Shown here: piece by piece, positions 31,104 to 32,000 of the stretch | Layout of the letters: each line of letters begins with the position of its first letter | Numbering within the stretch: position 1 is the first letter of the stretch | Assembly: GCF_000008565.1 (NCBI RefSeq) | Contig: NC_001263.1 | Coordinates: 2,293,347-2,325,346, forward strand | From: Deinococcus radiodurans R1 = ATCC 13939 = DSM 20539 | GTDB lineage: Bacteria > Deinococcota > Deinococci > Deinococcales > Deinococcaceae | Length of the DNA stretch: 32,000 bases | Direction: 5' to 3' | The notes under the pieces: model-generated | Seen by the model: the letters and a program-made list of their open reading frames with translations, nothing else | Databases searched by the model: none | What the model was told of the DNA's origin: nothing | Position numbers and translations under genes: made by a program

Positions 31104-31871
31104 ATGACCGACAAAGATCGCGACGCAGGCCCGTCCGGCAACGCTCCCTCGTGGGTGGACGAGGTGCTGTCTTCCTCGTCGTCTGCCCCGCGTCCAGTCG
31201 AAGGGCGGCACGGGCAGACGGCGGACCCGGCGCAGAACCCGGCGGGCACGGCGCCCGGCAGCGGGTGGGACCACTGGCCCCAGACGGACGCAGCGCGCGA
31301 CCTGCGCCTGCCGGGAGATCCGCCGCGCCCCGCGCCGCCCTCCTTCGACAGCGACGACTGGGCGGCCCGCGCCACCGGGGGGGAAGTTCGTGACCCGCAG
31401 GGCAGAGACCCCCAGGAGAGCCGCACCACCGTCTACTCCGCCGCCCCGCAGACCGACGCCTGGGGCGACCCGGTGCGGCCTGCACCCCCGGCGCCGGTCA
31501 AGCCGGTACGTGGGCAGATGGGCCAGAGCAATGGGCCCGCTGGCCTGCCCGTGCGGGAGGACATCGCGCAGAAGAAGCTGATTGCCGGACTGCTCGGCAT
31601 CTTTCTGGGCAGCCTGGGCGTGCACAAGTTCTACCTCGGTCAGAACGGGGCAGGGCTGCTGATGCTGGGGGTCAACATCGGCGTCTGGGTGCTGGCGATT
31701 GTGCTGTCGCTGCTCACGCTGGGCCTCGGGGCCATCATCCTGTTTCCGCTCGCGGGCTTCGTGACCAGCGTGCTGGGCGTCATCGGGCTAATCGAAGGCA
31801 TCCTGTACCTCACCAAGTCCGACGCCGACTTTCAGCGCGACTACCTGTACGGCAACAAAGCCTGGTTCTGA
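31104..31871 (+). CDS. TM2-domain membrane protein with a Pro-rich N-terminal region
   Basis: Track ORF 30942..31871 (TTG start) trimmed to ATG 31104 (MTDKDRDAGPSG...). The C-terminus KKLIAGLLGIFLGSLGVHKFYLGQNGAGLLML...LIEGILYL is a TM2 domain. Confidence 0.7.
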   Translation: MTDKDRDAGPSGNAPSWVDEVLSSSSSAPRPVEGRHGQTADPAQNPAGTAPGSGWDHWPQTDAARDLRLPGDPPRPAPPSFDSDDWAARATGGEVRDPQGRDPQESRTTVYSAAPQTDAWGDPVRPAPPAPVKPVRGQMGQSNGPAGLPVREDIAQKKLIAGLLGIFLGSLGVHKFYLGQNGAGLLMLGVNIGVWVLAIVLSLLTLGLGAIILFPLAGFVTSVLGVIGLIEGILYLTKSDADFQRDYLYGNKAWF

Positions 31872-31935
31872 GCGCACTGGTTCTGGCCCCGGCAGCGTTC
31901 GCGCTCCTTTAACCGTTTGCTCCTAGACTGCCCCC

Positions 31936-32000
31936 ATGCGCCTGCTGCTCGTCGAGGACGACCCCCGCATTGCCGAACCCACCGCCGCCGCCCTGCGTGA
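31936..32000 (+). CDS. response regulator (OmpR-type receiver domain start), truncated by the window edge
   Basis: ATG 31936; MRLLLVEDDPRIAEPTAAALR is a classic receiver N-terminus. Only 21 codons are visible. Confidence 0.6.
   Translation, partial: MRLLLVEDDPRIAEPTAAALR

Noticed and set aside
30842-31429. 195-aa minus-strand ORF overlapping the TM2 gene start and the AT-rich island.
   Set aside because: Its upstream two-thirds is an Arg/Gly/Pro/Ala-rich shadow of the TM2 gene's Pro-rich region. It has no RBS and no motifs.

Overview
This is a densely coding, high-GC bacterial chromosome segment (roughly two-thirds G+C by eye). I recognise it as Deinococcus, very probably D. radiodurans. 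The grounds are an element matching ISDra2 in length and in TnpA/TnpB residue numbering, SRE/SNR-type small intergenic repeats, and a DinB-family protein. I cannot verify locus tags.

I support about 30 CDS. They include a ROK kinase operon, a TPR-GGDEF-EAL protein, alaS, a DinB-family protein, a CAT-like acetyltransferase, two MFS transporters with wHTH/MerR regulators, and der. Also present are a metzincin-like lipoprotein, psuG-psuK, an ABC-2 exporter pair, an aldo-keto reductase, a three-gene LptC/LptA(OstA)-like cluster, a PaaI thioesterase, a TM2-domain protein and the start of a response regulator. I saw no rRNA, tRNA or CRISPR.

The stand-out feature is a 1736-bp IS200/IS605 element (28085-29820) inserted base-precisely, 3' of a TTGAT pentanucleotide, into a secreted subtilisin-family protease gene. 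It carries tnpA (HUH/Y1 transposase) and tnpB (intact RuvC D-E-D triad and zinc finger). Its structured right end overlaps the 3' end of tnpB, which is the architecture of the TnpB/omega-RNA (reRNA) RNA-guided nuclease. The 16 nt flanking the right end, joined to the TTGAT at the left flank, recreate the TAM plus target of the empty site.

Other points worth a second look:
- three families of small intergenic repeats, one of which carries a terminator-like hairpin and a promoter-like TTGACA-N17-TATTNT
- a perfect in-frame 36-bp tandem duplication inside the GGDEF-EAL gene
- an Lpt-like gene cluster in a lineage reported to lack LPS
- an AT-rich, unannotated intergenic island of about 0.5 kb at 30.6-31.1 kb

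Many long ORFs in the track are antisense shadow ORFs typical of high-GC DNA, and I rejected them.
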